Of a stretch of 64,000 nucleotides of DNA, positions 1 to 9,361 are shown in pieces; the first letter of the stretch is position 1, and each line of letters opens with the position of its first letter. Origin of the DNA: a virus (taxonomy: Duplodnaviria; Heunggongvirae; Uroviricota; Caudoviricetes); the IMG/VR virus record IMGVR_UViG_3300032322_002674, positions 109,458 to 173,457 of that record, one strand, 5' to 3'. The notes under the pieces were generated by a model. The model saw only the letters and a list, made by a program, of their open reading frames with translations, searched no databases and was not told the origin of the DNA. The translations under genes were made by a program, and so were the position numbers.

Positions 1-324
1 CATTCAAAACAAGTTCATGCAAGAAAGTATCATTCTTATTTTTTGGTGTTTCAAAAATTGGAAAAAAATCCTGTTGAAAAAGAATCATTAATAACCAAAA
101 AACATAAAAATAAGGTTTCTTTTTTGGTTAATAAAAATCTTTCTGATAAAGAAGTTGATGAAATATATGAAAAAACTAAGAACAATCCAAAAATTACTCT
201 TGAAGAATCTATTAGAATTTCACAAGAATTAAAAAATGAAATTCATAATAAATCAATTGCAAATATAGGTAAAGTTTTAGAAAAATATTCAAAAATTGAA
301 GATGAAAGGAATAGTATCAGTTAA
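1..324 (+). CDS. hypothetical protein, probably 5'-truncated by window edge
   Basis: The frame is open from nt 1 into the listed ORF 43..324. Lys/Glu-rich, no recognisable motif. Confidence 0.3.
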   Translation, partial: HSKQVHARKYHSYFLVFQKLEKNPVEKESLITKKHKNKVSFLVNKNLSDKEVDEIYEKTKNNPKITLEESIRISQELKNEIHNKSIANIGKVLEKYSKIEDERNSIS

Positions 325-682
325 TAATTTGTGTTTTATTGGAAAAGAAAATGAATTACTTTGGAAATGTAAAGAAGATTTAAATCATTTTAAAAATTTA
401 ACATTAAACACTAAAATATTAGTTGGTTATAACACTTTTACAAAATTACCACCACTACCTAAAAGAGAAATTATTTTAGATGAAAGGAATGGTTTGGTTA
501 ATGATTTTGAATTAATTGATTGGTGCATTGGTGGTAAAAAAACTTATGAGAAATATTCACCTTATTTTACTGAATTACATATATCCCATATAAATGATAA
601 TTCAATAGGTGATTGTATGTTCCCTAATTTTAAAAATTTAAATAAAAATTGTAAAATCTATAACTACTATTTTAACTTATGA
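296..682 (+). CDS. folA: dihydrofolate reductase (short phage-type)
   Basis: N-terminal 'VSVNNLCFIGKENELLWKCKEDLNHFKNLTLNTKILVGYNTF..LPPLPKREIIL' and C-terminal 'IGGKKTYEKYSPYFTELHISHIN...GDCMFP' follow the DHFR pattern (MPWxLPxDLxxFK...vimGRkT...LPgR.niVls...IGGaqiY...l.lThI...GDt.FP). Confidence 0.6.
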   Translation: MKMKGIVSVNNLCFIGKENELLWKCKEDLNHFKNLTLNTKILVGYNTFTKLPPLPKREIILDERNGLVNDFELIDWCIGGKKTYEKYSPYFTELHISHINDNSIGDCMFPNFKNLNKNCKIYNYYFNL

Positions 683-873
683 AAGTAAAAGAAATGATTG
701 AAGAACTTAGTAAAATAAATCCTGAAAATGAATGTGTTTTATTAGATGGAATGAATGAACAAAATTTTAGATTTGTTCCTATTAATTCAATAGAAGTTTT
801 AAATACAAAAACTAATCAAACCCTTGTTGTTCTTGGTTTTGATTATGGAGGAGAAAATTAAAAATAAATAAAA

Positions 874-1125
874 ATGGAAGTCTTACACAAATTTGAAGTT
901 GGTCAGGAAGTTTATGCAATTAAAGATAATAAACTTCAAACAGGTGTCATAGTGTCAATAATTATTAACATTAGTAAAAATAAAATTGGTATTAAACAAA
1001 TAGATACAACTTATAATGTTAGGTTTAAAGGTTCTTATTATAGAATTCTTTATCTGAAAGAAAGTCAAATATCAGATACACCTGAAAACTTATTAAAAAA
1101 ATTAAAGAAAAACTTAAAAAAATAA
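874..1125 (+). CDS. hypothetical protein
   Basis: 83-aa ORF, same strand as neighbours, no motif. Confidence 0.3.
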   Translation: MEVLHKFEVGQEVYAIKDNKLQTGVIVSIIINISKNKIGIKQIDTTYNVRFKGSYYRILYLKESQISDTPENLLKKLKKNLKK

Positions 1126-1128
1126 ATT

Positions 1129-1632
1129 ATGATTATCAAAAAATTAACACCAGAAGAAAGAAACAAAAGAGTTGTAACTGCAATTGAAATTATTAAATCT
1201 GCAATTGCAAACGGAACATCAATGTCGCAAGAAAGTGAAAAACTTGGGTTACATAAAGACTTTGTAGGACATGTTTTTGATTTAATTGAAGGAATGTACA
1301 GAAATGAAGTAAGTGATGTTTTAATTAAAGAATTGGAAAACAAATATGATGAGTATTATGATAAACCAATTATTGTTGAAGGACTTGCAATTCCTGAAAG
1401 AAAAAGACCAATGGAAAGAATGTCCAAATATAAATTTAATTTATTGGATGCCCCAGGTAAATGTGCGGTAATACCAATTAAAAATGATAAACAATTTAAA
1501 ACAATTTGTTCTTATGCATCAAATTGGTCAAAAGGTAGGGGATGGAAATTCATTGCTAGACAAATTGATGAAAGAAGAATGGGTGTATGGAGGGTTGAGA
1601 AAAAACAAACCGTAATTGAGGAAAATGTCTAA
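1129..1632 (+). CDS. hypothetical protein
   Basis: 167-aa ORF in a tightly packed + strand block. Confidence 0.4.
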   Translation: MIIKKLTPEERNKRVVTAIEIIKSAIANGTSMSQESEKLGLHKDFVGHVFDLIEGMYRNEVSDVLIKELENKYDEYYDKPIIVEGLAIPERKRPMERMSKYKFNLLDAPGKCAVIPIKNDKQFKTICSYASNWSKGRGWKFIARQIDERRMGVWRVEKKQTVIEENV

Positions 1633-2317
1633 GAAAATAACTTTCACTAAAGAAGAATTTATTAAATCTATTTTAAAAGAAGAAGAAGGTTTAATAAAAA
1701 CTACAAATATTAATCATACAATAACTTTAATCAATAATTGGATTAAAGGTGAGATGGATTTGGAACGAACAAAGTTAATTATAAAATCTGATATTGAAAA
1801 TTGGTTTGTTTATAAAATTACTAAGGAAACCAACTTAGTAGAATTATTTAGATTAGTAGATAATTTAGGTTGGTTTCCTGCATATATCCAATATAAAGGA
1901 CAAAGTGCAAAATATAGTCAACCAAATTTAGAAATGTTTTTAGAAGAATTTGGTGAAGTAATGGTTAAATTTGAGTCAAAATATGATGTTAAATATATTC
2001 CTGAAAATAATATTTTTTATCATATAACTTCTGATAAGTATATTGATAAAATTATGAAGATTGGTTTAGTACCAAAAAGTAAGGAAAAAATATCATCACA
2101 TCCAAGTAGAATTTATTTATTAATAAATGAAGAATCTATAAATGATTTAATAGATGTGTTTAGTTATCAATATAATATTAAACCTATTGTTTTAAGAATA
2201 ACTATACCACAAGAAAAATTAAATGGGATAAAATTTTATAATGATACAAATTTTCCTGAAAAGGGAATATATACAGAATCAAATTTACATCCTGATTGGA
2301 TAGAAATTATAAATTAA
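1616..2317 (+). CDS. Tpt1/KptA-like (RNA 2'-phosphotransferase / ADP-ribosyltransferase-fold) protein
   Basis: 'NNIFYHITSDKYIDKIMKIGLVPKSKEKISSHPSRIYLL' parallels KptA '[30 protein letters not shown]'. A similar C-terminal segment follows (pivL.I). Paralogs at 11354 and 13798(-). Confidence 0.4.
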   Translation: MRKMSKKITFTKEEFIKSILKEEEGLIKTTNINHTITLINNWIKGEMDLERTKLIIKSDIENWFVYKITKETNLVELFRLVDNLGWFPAYIQYKGQSAKYSQPNLEMFLEEFGEVMVKFESKYDVKYIPENNIFYHITSDKYIDKIMKIGLVPKSKEKISSHPSRIYLLINEESINDLIDVFSYQYNIKPIVLRITIPQEKLNGIKFYNDTNFPEKGIYTESNLHPDWIEIIN

Positions 2318-2832
2318 AAATTATGATATATCAATTTAAAAAAGGAAAACATTTTTCAAAACCAAGATTGGGATTAATGGATTTATTCGCATTTGGTTGG
2401 GAATATCATTTTAGGGTGAAATTTAATTTTCTTGAAGGTTTTGAAAGTGAACAAGATGACCAATGGAACAAACTTTGTGGAATTTCTTATTCATTAAAAC
2501 CAAACAAAAATGCAATAATGATTGGTTATCGTTTTAATAAACAAAAAAATAAAATGGAAATAACCCCATTTGTTAATAGAAATTTTAATTTTGAAACTGG
2601 TGATATTTTTGAATGTGATTTGGGTGAAGATTATATTATTGATGGTTATAATATTGATGGTATTTTTAAGGTTGTATTAAAAAAAGGTTTAAATATATTG
2701 CCAAATATTGTTCATATTTTTAATGATATTAAATCTCCTGAACCAAAATGGTTTGGAACACACAGACAACCTTATCATGGAGGAAGTGGATTACCTTTAA
2801 CAGATTATCAAATAAAAATGATTTATTTATGA
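2296..2832 (+). CDS. hypothetical protein
   Basis: 178-aa ORF. Its stop overlaps the next start in ATGA. Confidence 0.4.
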   Translation: MDRNYKLKIMIYQFKKGKHFSKPRLGLMDLFAFGWEYHFRVKFNFLEGFESEQDDQWNKLCGISYSLKPNKNAIMIGYRFNKQKNKMEITPFVNRNFNFETGDIFECDLGEDYIIDGYNIDGIFKVVLKKGLNILPNIVHIFNDIKSPEPKWFGTHRQPYHGGSGLPLTDYQIKMIYL

Positions 2833-3041
2833 CATTAGAAAAAACTTTGTTAAATCTGGGTAGAAATAGTGGGAATTTTTTAACTAATGATTTAATTAAA
2901 AAATCATTAGTTATTTGGTATGATAATCGAAAATTTAATTTAACATATTTAGATGGTAATTATGATGATGAAAACTATAAATTTTTAAAAACTTCTGACC
3001 AGATTCAGATTTATGAAATTTTAAAAGAAGTTCCTTTTTAA
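2829..3041 (+). CDS. hypothetical protein (start moved to the ATG overlapping the upstream stop)
   Basis: Listed ORF 2748..3041 overlaps the previous gene by 85 nt. An internal ATG at 2829 gives ATGA coupling. Confidence 0.3.
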   Translation: MTLEKTLLNLGRNSGNFLTNDLIKKSLVIWYDNRKFNLTYLDGNYDDENYKFLKTSDQIQIYEILKEVPF

Positions 3042-4376
3042 GAACTCTTTTGCGTTTAACCCAAATATTCTATCAACCAATTCTTTAACATATCTACCTC
3101 CTATTAAAGAATCAATTTTTTCTTTGGAGTAAATTAAATCCCCCTTAAATAAAATGTCCTTCGGACAAATTAAAAAGTTCAAAATTTCAAAGTAAAGTTT
3201 TGGAAAATCCTCACTTTTTAATAGTCCTGGCAAGTGTGTAATCATTCCATCAAAATCACTTCCAATTGAAATGTGATTCCAAGTTTGAATTCCACCAAAT
3301 TCAACACACTTTAAAATATTTGCAATAATGACTTCTGTGACATTATCTTCGGTTATTTTAACTCTACTACCCACAAGACGTTTTTTGTCCATCTGAATAC
3401 CAATTAAACCCCCAGAATTAACAATTTCTCTTACATCCTCACCACATATATTAATTTCCAATTCATGAAAAAAAGATTTTTTATTTCTTTTGTGGTCATC
3501 CTTAATATCTGATAAATTTTCCCAAGTGGATATTCCTGTATGCGAACAAATAATTGGTATATTTTTTCCCCTTATGTGGTTATAAAAATCTCTTCTTGAA
3601 TCCCCATCAAAATGTTTTATATCAATTAAAATTCCCCTTTCAATAAGTGAATCAATTATTTCCAATCCCAAAGGTGAAATTCCTTTAAATTCATTTTTCT
3701 GTGTGAATAAGAAACTTTGTACCGAATCTGCATTGGATGATAACCCATTCCAAAAATGATGATTAAAAGTTATAAAAAAAGGTTTTAAGGGAAGTGAATC
3801 CAATCTACTTAATAACAATTCTTTATTTGGATTTTTTAATTCATCATAAGTTAATAAACATTGAATTCCCTCAATTGATGGAATAACACAAAGGGTTTTT
3901 GGATTTTTTCTGTGAATCCTTTCTATGTGAGAATAGTTTTTTGCAATAACAAAATTATAAAGTTGGGTGTTATTTTTTTCTTGTTCTTTTAACCATAACA
4001 TTTCATTATAAATAAAATTATAATAATCTAAGGTAACTTTATTTTCTGGAACTCCTGTTAGGTGAGAAAGAAGTGGTAAATCCAATTTTTTTGGTAGAAT
4101 TTTTGTATTAAAGAATTCCTTTTCAAGTGCAAAGAATGATGTGATTATTATGTTAAAATTTCCTTGAATAAGTGATTGAAAATGTGATTGAGAATGTTTT
4201 GGTATATCCTTTGTTAAAAGTGATATTATTGATTTCACTAATTTATGAAAAACATTCTTTGATTTTTGATTATTTTTATGTTCAATGAAAATATTTCCAT
4301 TATTGGTAAAAGGTTTAAGTGTTGGGTGGGTGTGAATATCAATGAACATAATTTGGTTTATAAATAAATATTGCAT
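3021..4376 (-). CDS. metal-dependent amidohydrolase, membrane dipeptidase (M19)-like
   Basis: N-terminal 'IDIHTHP' metal-binding motif, 'ICSHTGIS', 'SIGSDFDG' (the GxDFDG of the renal dipeptidase family), 'SIEGIQCL'. Confidence 0.4.
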   Translation of the reverse strand: MQYLFINQIMFIDIHTHPTLKPFTNNGNIFIEHKNNQKSKNVFHKLVKSIISLLTKDIPKHSQSHFQSLIQGNFNIIITSFFALEKEFFNTKILPKKLDLPLLSHLTGVPENKVTLDYYNFIYNEMLWLKEQEKNNTQLYNFVIAKNYSHIERIHRKNPKTLCVIPSIEGIQCLLTYDELKNPNKELLLSRLDSLPLKPFFITFNHHFWNGLSSNADSVQSFLFTQKNEFKGISPLGLEIIDSLIERGILIDIKHFDGDSRRDFYNHIRGKNIPIICSHTGISTWENLSDIKDDHKRNKKSFFHELEINICGEDVREIVNSGGLIGIQMDKKRLVGSRVKITEDNVTEVIIANILKCVEFGGIQTWNHISIGSDFDGMITHLPGLLKSEDFPKLYFEILNFLICPKDILFKGDLIYSKEKIDSLIGGRYVKELVDRIFGLNAKEFLKRNFF

Positions 4377-4379
4377 TAA

Positions 4380-4406
4380 TTTGGTAGTAAAAAAATAGTA
4401 TTTTTG
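4380..4406 (+). promoter_or_regulatory. putative Bacteroidota-type promoter for the cas operon (TTTG-N15-TATTTTTG)
   Basis: TTTG at 4380-4383 and TAttTTTG at 4399-4406, about 19 nt upstream of the cas3 ATG. Confidence 0.35.
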
Positions 4407-4424
4407 TGTTCATAAATTTAAAAT

Positions 4425-6638
4425 ATGTTAGGAAAAACAAACGAATTATTAGATGTACATTCTTTAAAAGTAATGGAATATTCTTTAGAGTTTTTAAAAA
4501 GATATGATAGTCTTAATAAACAACATAAAAAAGTTTTAGAAATATCATCACTTTTACATGATATAGGTAAATGTACAGAAGAGTTCCAAAGATTCTTAAA
4601 AGATGAAGATTCACAAAGAAAATTTACTCATAATGAAATCAGTTGGGCATTTGTTAGCAAACATTTAAAAATTGATGATTATGAATATAATATGATATTG
4701 GATTTAATTTATTGGCATCATGGGTTTCCTTATTTTAAAAAATATGGCGATAAAAAATTAACAAATCAAGATGTTTATGATTCAATTACTGAAAAAGATA
4801 TTGAATCAATGAAGAAATATTTCTTAAAGTTTCCAATAACAAAAAAATGTTTTGTGGATGATAATGGTAGAAAAGAAATAAATCCACCACTTTTTTATGA
4901 ATTTTTGGAATTAAAAGGAAAACAAGTTGAAAAAACTTTATTAAGAAGTATTTTAATTACATCTGATAGATTGGTTTCATCATTTGATGGTAATTATCCT
5001 AATTCAGAAGAATTTATCCAAAAACTCTTGGAAAAGGAAATAGTAAAAAATTATAATCCACCATTTAATAATGAAAGATTTGAACTTCAAAAAAATATTG
5101 TTACACAACTTAAAGGTACTAATTTTGTTAATGCACCTGCTGGGTTTGGTAAAACTTTAATTGGATTTCTAAAAAATCTACAATCAAATAAAAAAATGAT
5201 TTGGGTTTGTCCAAGAAATATTGTTGCAGAACAAGTTTATCGTGAATTAAAAGATTTGATTGGTAAATTCTGTGTTAATGTTAAAATTGAATTATTCTAC
5301 CAAAGTGAAGTGAAAATGTCTAATTGGAATGGATGTGGTGGGTTTGATTCTGATATTATTGTAACTAATATAGATAACTTTTTATCCCCATCAGTTAATA
5401 GTGGAAGAATGAATGAACTTTATTTTATAAATGATTGTGATGTTGTTTTTGATGAATATCATGAATTAATTACAGAAGGTGCATTATTTTCTTGTTTTAT
5501 TAACTTAATGAATATTAGACATAAATATACTAATTCTGATACAATTCTATTATCTGCAACACCATTTGATATTTCTTATATGTGGGATACCCCATCAAAT
5601 AAATCAAAATTCTTACCAGAGAAAAATCATCATTACCCACCTGCACATGATAAAAAATATAAACTTAATTTTTCTGAAAAATCTGATGTTTCAGTTTTAA
5701 ACTTAGAAGAAAATGGTGATAATTTAATCATCTTAAATTCTATTAAGAATACCCAAAAAGTGTATAGAAACTTAAATAAGAAAATTTTAATTCATTCTGA
5801 TTATTTAGAAGAAGATAGAAAGAAAAGAACTGATTTAATTTATTCTTTATATGATAAATATTCAAAAGATGGTGTAAAAGAAGATGTTGTTTCTTCACTT
5901 ATTTTACAGGCATCAATGGATATTTCTTTTAAAAATTTATATGAATCAGTTTTATCACCACAAACAACAGTACAAAGAATAGGTAGAACAAATCGTTGGG
6001 GTAAATATGATGATAGTACTATTAATATTATTAATCTTAATAAGGATAAGGCAGAACGTGCAGTAAAACACATTCATTATACATTTGACTTATCAACTAA
6101 ATGGTTTAATTTCTTTAAAGAAAATGGAAATAACAAGAATTTGACTTTGTCAGAAATTTATTCTATATTTAATAAATTCAATGAAATAAATCAAAAAGAA
6201 ATTAAAGACTTTATTCAAGAAAGATTTCTTACTTCTTGTGAATTATTAAGTGGAATTTATCCTATTAAATTTTTTAATAAAGGAAAACAAAAAACTGATA
6301 TTAAAAACGCAGAATCAAATAAACTAAGACTTGTTGGTTCAAATATATTTTATATTTGTCAAAAAGTTAATTCAGAAGAATATACTGATGTTTTTAACCA
6401 ACAAATATATAAATCAATTGGTGAAGATTTCCATGAAAAACAAAATGTAATGGAAAGATTCAAAAAAACATATCGAGCACTTTGTGATGATAAACGATTT
6501 GAATTCAGAGAAATGTTGGAAAAATTTGAAAAATTAAATATTGATATTGTTCGTAGAATGGGGAAAAAATCAAATACACCTTATATAAGGTATGATAAAA
6601 AATATGATTCTGAATTAGGATTAATAGATACCGAATAA
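4425..6638 (+). CDS. cas3: Cas3 HD nuclease + SF2 helicase (single-chain, compact, 737 aa)
   Basis: HD domain 'LLHDIGK', 'HNEISW', 'YWHHG'. Walker A 'NAPAGFGKT', DExH 'VVFDEYHEL', motif III 'LSATP', motif VI 'VQRIGRTNRWG'. Confidence 0.85.
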   Translation: MLGKTNELLDVHSLKVMEYSLEFLKRYDSLNKQHKKVLEISSLLHDIGKCTEEFQRFLKDEDSQRKFTHNEISWAFVSKHLKIDDYEYNMILDLIYWHHGFPYFKKYGDKKLTNQDVYDSITEKDIESMKKYFLKFPITKKCFVDDNGRKEINPPLFYEFLELKGKQVEKTLLRSILITSDRLVSSFDGNYPNSEEFIQKLLEKEIVKNYNPPFNNERFELQKNIVTQLKGTNFVNAPAGFGKTLIGFLKNLQSNKKMIWVCPRNIVAEQVYRELKDLIGKFCVNVKIELFYQSEVKMSNWNGCGGFDSDIIVTNIDNFLSPSVNSGRMNELYFINDCDVVFDEYHELITEGALFSCFINLMNIRHKYTNSDTILLSATPFDISYMWDTPSNKSKFLPEKNHHYPPAHDKKYKLNFSEKSDVSVLNLEENGDNLIILNSIKNTQKVYRNLNKKILIHSDYLEEDRKKRTDLIYSLYDKYSKDGVKEDVVSSLILQASMDISFKNLYESVLSPQTTVQRIGRTNRWGKYDDSTINIINLNKDKAERAVKHIHYTFDLSTKWFNFFKENGNNKNLTLSEIYSIFNKFNEINQKEIKDFIQERFLTSCELLSGIYPIKFFNKGKQKTDIKNAESNKLRLVGSNIFYICQKVNSEEYTDVFNQQIYKSIGEDFHEKQNVMERFKKTYRALCDDKRFEFREMLEKFEKLNIDIVRRMGKKSNTPYIRYDKKYDSELGLIDTE

Positions 6639-6668
6639 ATTTAATAACCATAAAAAACAAACAAAAAA

Positions 6669-7754
6669 ATGTCAAAAAAATCAGTATTTTCGGTTGAGGA
6701 AGTTCAACCAAAACAAAAAGAAAAAACAGTTAAATCTATTCTTTTAAGATGGAAATTAAAAGGTAGGGGTGTTGTAAACTTTGATTCATCTGACCAAAGA
6801 TTTGTACTTAATAGTACTGATTTGAGTTACATGAAAACCCAACATAAAAACACCAATTATGCAAAGAAAAGACTTTATAAGAATGGTGATAAATTTTCTT
6901 ATAAGTTAACAACTTCATCAGATTTCTTATTGCATAATATTTTTTCTGATATTCCATTCCAATCACCAAATGTTCAAGATAATGTGGTGGTATTACATTC
7001 TTATCTTGCATCACCATCAAAATTGGTTAGAGGTTGGTTGGAAACATCAAAAACAGTTACCTTAAAAAGAAAAGGTTCTTTAACTTTGGTTGATGCAGAA
7101 CAAACAAATGATTCAGTTTCACATATTGAAACTTTTGCAAAATCTGGTAGAAAAGATGATGAAGATAATGGTGCAACCGATAATACTTTCTTCAAAAAAG
7201 AAGTTGTTGGTGATATTGATTATCAAACCGTTGGTTCAATTGATTTATCACAATTACAATTTGTTAGTTGTGATGATATTTTTGATAGAATGTCATTTGA
7301 CCCAGACAATTTTGAATTGTTTAAGAAATTCTTGCAAACAAAGTTACCAAACTTTAATTCAGAATTAGGTTATTTCCAAATGAAAAATTCAATCATTGAA
7401 ATACCTGAATGGGGATTCTTATTAAGTCAAGAAAATGTTAACTTTTTGGTTAATGATTTGTTACAAAAAATGTTAAGATTAAATGTAACAAAACGAGATG
7501 CATTTGTTAAATCAAATGAATTGGAAGTTAAATTTGTTTATGATGTATTAACTGATACATTAGAAGATGAAAATGGTTGGGTTAAATTTACACCACAAAC
7601 AAAATTGGAATTTGAATCAGAATTATTCTATAATGAAGTTGATTTAAAGAAAAGTAAAGAATTAAGAGAATCAATTGAAGTAGAATATAAAAACAGAAAG
7701 AAAAAATCTGCTGAGAAAAAAGAATCAAAAAAAGGAAAGAAAAATGAAGAATAA
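6669..7754 (+). CDS. cas7: Cas7-family Cascade backbone subunit (putative)
   Basis: N-terminal 'GVVNFDSSDQRFVLNSTDLSYMK' resembles the Cas7/CasC 'LNRDD...RVRISSQSLKRAMR' region. It lies between cas3 and cas6. The lysine-rich C-terminus overlaps the next gene by 11 nt. Confidence 0.5.
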   Translation: MSKKSVFSVEEVQPKQKEKTVKSILLRWKLKGRGVVNFDSSDQRFVLNSTDLSYMKTQHKNTNYAKKRLYKNGDKFSYKLTTSSDFLLHNIFSDIPFQSPNVQDNVVVLHSYLASPSKLVRGWLETSKTVTLKRKGSLTLVDAEQTNDSVSHIETFAKSGRKDDEDNGATDNTFFKKEVVGDIDYQTVGSIDLSQLQFVSCDDIFDRMSFDPDNFELFKKFLQTKLPNFNSELGYFQMKNSIIEIPEWGFLLSQENVNFLVNDLLQKMLRLNVTKRDAFVKSNELEVKFVYDVLTDTLEDENGWVKFTPQTKLEFESELFYNEVDLKKSKELRESIEVEYKNRKKKSAEKKESKKGKKNEE

Positions 7755-8598
7755 ATTTTTGGTATTGGGTTTTAAAAATGCTAGACAATTTAGACCTGGA
7801 AAATATAAGGATAAAGTTGGTGATATAAATGGTACAAGGGATAGGGATGATATTGATTTTTTTGAAGAACCTATAACAAAATATCAGGTATCAAATCTTC
7901 TTCATGTTCTTTTTGGTGAAAGACCATCACCAACATTAAGGGAAACCTTAATTCCAAGAATTGATTATTATTTTGATAAGGCAAATAATTCTTATATTAA
8001 ACTTGATTCTTTAAAAATAAATAATAATTTTGTTTATGAAACCATGCAGATTAAAAAGTCTGCATGGAATTCTTGGAATCCTAACGTTTGGATTTATTGG
8101 GAAAAAGTGAAACAAATGTTGGATGAAAATTATGATGATTTTATTTCATTAATGAAAAAAGAATATGGTTTTAATCCTTTGGAAAAATCATTTAATGAAT
8201 GGATTCCAATTATTAGGGAAAATGGGGTTATTAAAAACTATTTGTTAAATGTAAAGGGTAAAAAACCTATTTATGATTATGTTTATAGTGATAATAAACA
8301 AGAAAGAGCAAATATAAATAAAAACTCAAGAACAATGAGAACTGTTTTAACTGCCCCTGTTAATATAACAAAACATCATGGTGAAATAATTATTCCAGTA
8401 AGTGATGAAGATTTATCAAAATTATCAAGAGCAAATGGAACAATTCTTGATGGTGGTTTTGTATGGATAAAAGGGGTTTTTAGTGAAAATCAAATTGATT
8501 GGGATGGGTTTCAATCTGTTAATGAAATTAATTCAGAAAAAACAAATTTAACAAAGTATTATGAGAATAAAAATAAATTTAAGCAAGAACAAAACTAA
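7744..8598 (+). CDS. Cascade subunit of unassigned family (Cas5- or Cas8-like by position)
   Basis: Translationally coupled between the cas7-like gene and cas6. No clear motif. Assigned by operon context only. Confidence 0.35.
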   Translation: MKNKFLVLGFKNARQFRPGKYKDKVGDINGTRDRDDIDFFEEPITKYQVSNLLHVLFGERPSPTLRETLIPRIDYYFDKANNSYIKLDSLKINNNFVYETMQIKKSAWNSWNPNVWIYWEKVKQMLDENYDDFISLMKKEYGFNPLEKSFNEWIPIIRENGVIKNYLLNVKGKKPIYDYVYSDNKQERANINKNSRTMRTVLTAPVNITKHHGEIIIPVSDEDLSKLSRANGTILDGGFVWIKGVFSENQIDWDGFQSVNEINSEKTNLTKYYENKNKFKQEQN

Positions 8599-9259
8599 TG
8601 TTCCAATTCAAAACCAAACCCTATTAAATTCTTGGATTCATAAGATATTGGGTGAAAATAATAAGTGGCACGATAAAAAGTCCAACTATTCGATTTCTTC
8701 CCTAAGAGGTGGAAAAATGAATAATGACAAACAAACCTTATCTTTCCCTAATGGTGGATTTATTACTGTATCATCATTGGATGATGAATTAATAACAACT
8801 TTCTTATTGGGTGTTATGAAAAATCCTAATTTTGGATTTGGAATGAGTTTTGTTGGTGTGGATTATATTAAGGAAAATTTTCATGATGGTTGGAATTATT
8901 TTGCAGCATTATCACCCTTTATTGTTAAGGAGTATAATGATGGAAGATATAAATTTTTAACCCTTAAAGATGAAAACTTTGAGGAAAAATTAAAGGAATA
9001 TCTTAAAAAGAAATTAATTCCTTATGATTTGGATTTAACTGATTTTGATGTTAAAATTGGTGATAACAAATCAAACAAAGTTAAACAAATTTTGGTTAAA
9101 AATGTTATTAACTTTGCAAATCAATGTCAAGTTAATATTTTCTGTAACAAAAAAGTTGCAGAAACCTTATACAACATAGGAATTGGACAATCTACTGGTA
9201 GTGGTTTTGGTACAATATACAAAACCGAAAATCATAAAACTTACAGAAACCAGGATTAA
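8561..9259 (+). CDS. cas6: Cas6 crRNA endoribonuclease
   Basis: Typical N-terminus 'MRIKINL...VPIQNQTLLNSWIHKILGENNKWHD'. C-terminal glycine-rich loop 'GIGQSTGSGFGTIYK' (GhGxxxxxGhG). The gene ends 100 nt before the array. Confidence 0.75.
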   Translation: MRIKINLSKNKTNVPIQNQTLLNSWIHKILGENNKWHDKKSNYSISSLRGGKMNNDKQTLSFPNGGFITVSSLDDELITTFLLGVMKNPNFGFGMSFVGVDYIKENFHDGWNYFAALSPFIVKEYNDGRYKFLTLKDENFEEKLKEYLKKKLIPYDLDLTDFDVKIGDNKSNKVKQILVKNVINFANQCQVNIFCNKKVAETLYNIGIGQSTGSGFGTIYKTENHKTYRNQD

Positions 9260-9361
9260 AAAAATGGGGTACAACATTATATTTTATGGTATATTTCCTC
9301 ATTTTTTCTCACCCAAAAACAACCTCAAACCCAATAAAATCAAGGGTTTGAGGGGTATTAC
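9260..9361 (+). promoter_or_regulatory. putative CRISPR leader
   Basis: AT-rich sequence between the cas6 stop and repeat 1. The degenerate repeats lie at the opposite end of the array. Confidence 0.4.

Noticed and set aside
5840-7368. Antisense or alternate-frame ORFs inside cas3 and cas7 (5840-6073-, 6505-6711-, 6808-7020-, 7001-7195-, 7090-7368+).
   Set aside because: They are embedded in well-supported longer genes. Their hydrophobic, low-complexity translations are typical of AT-rich antisense frames.
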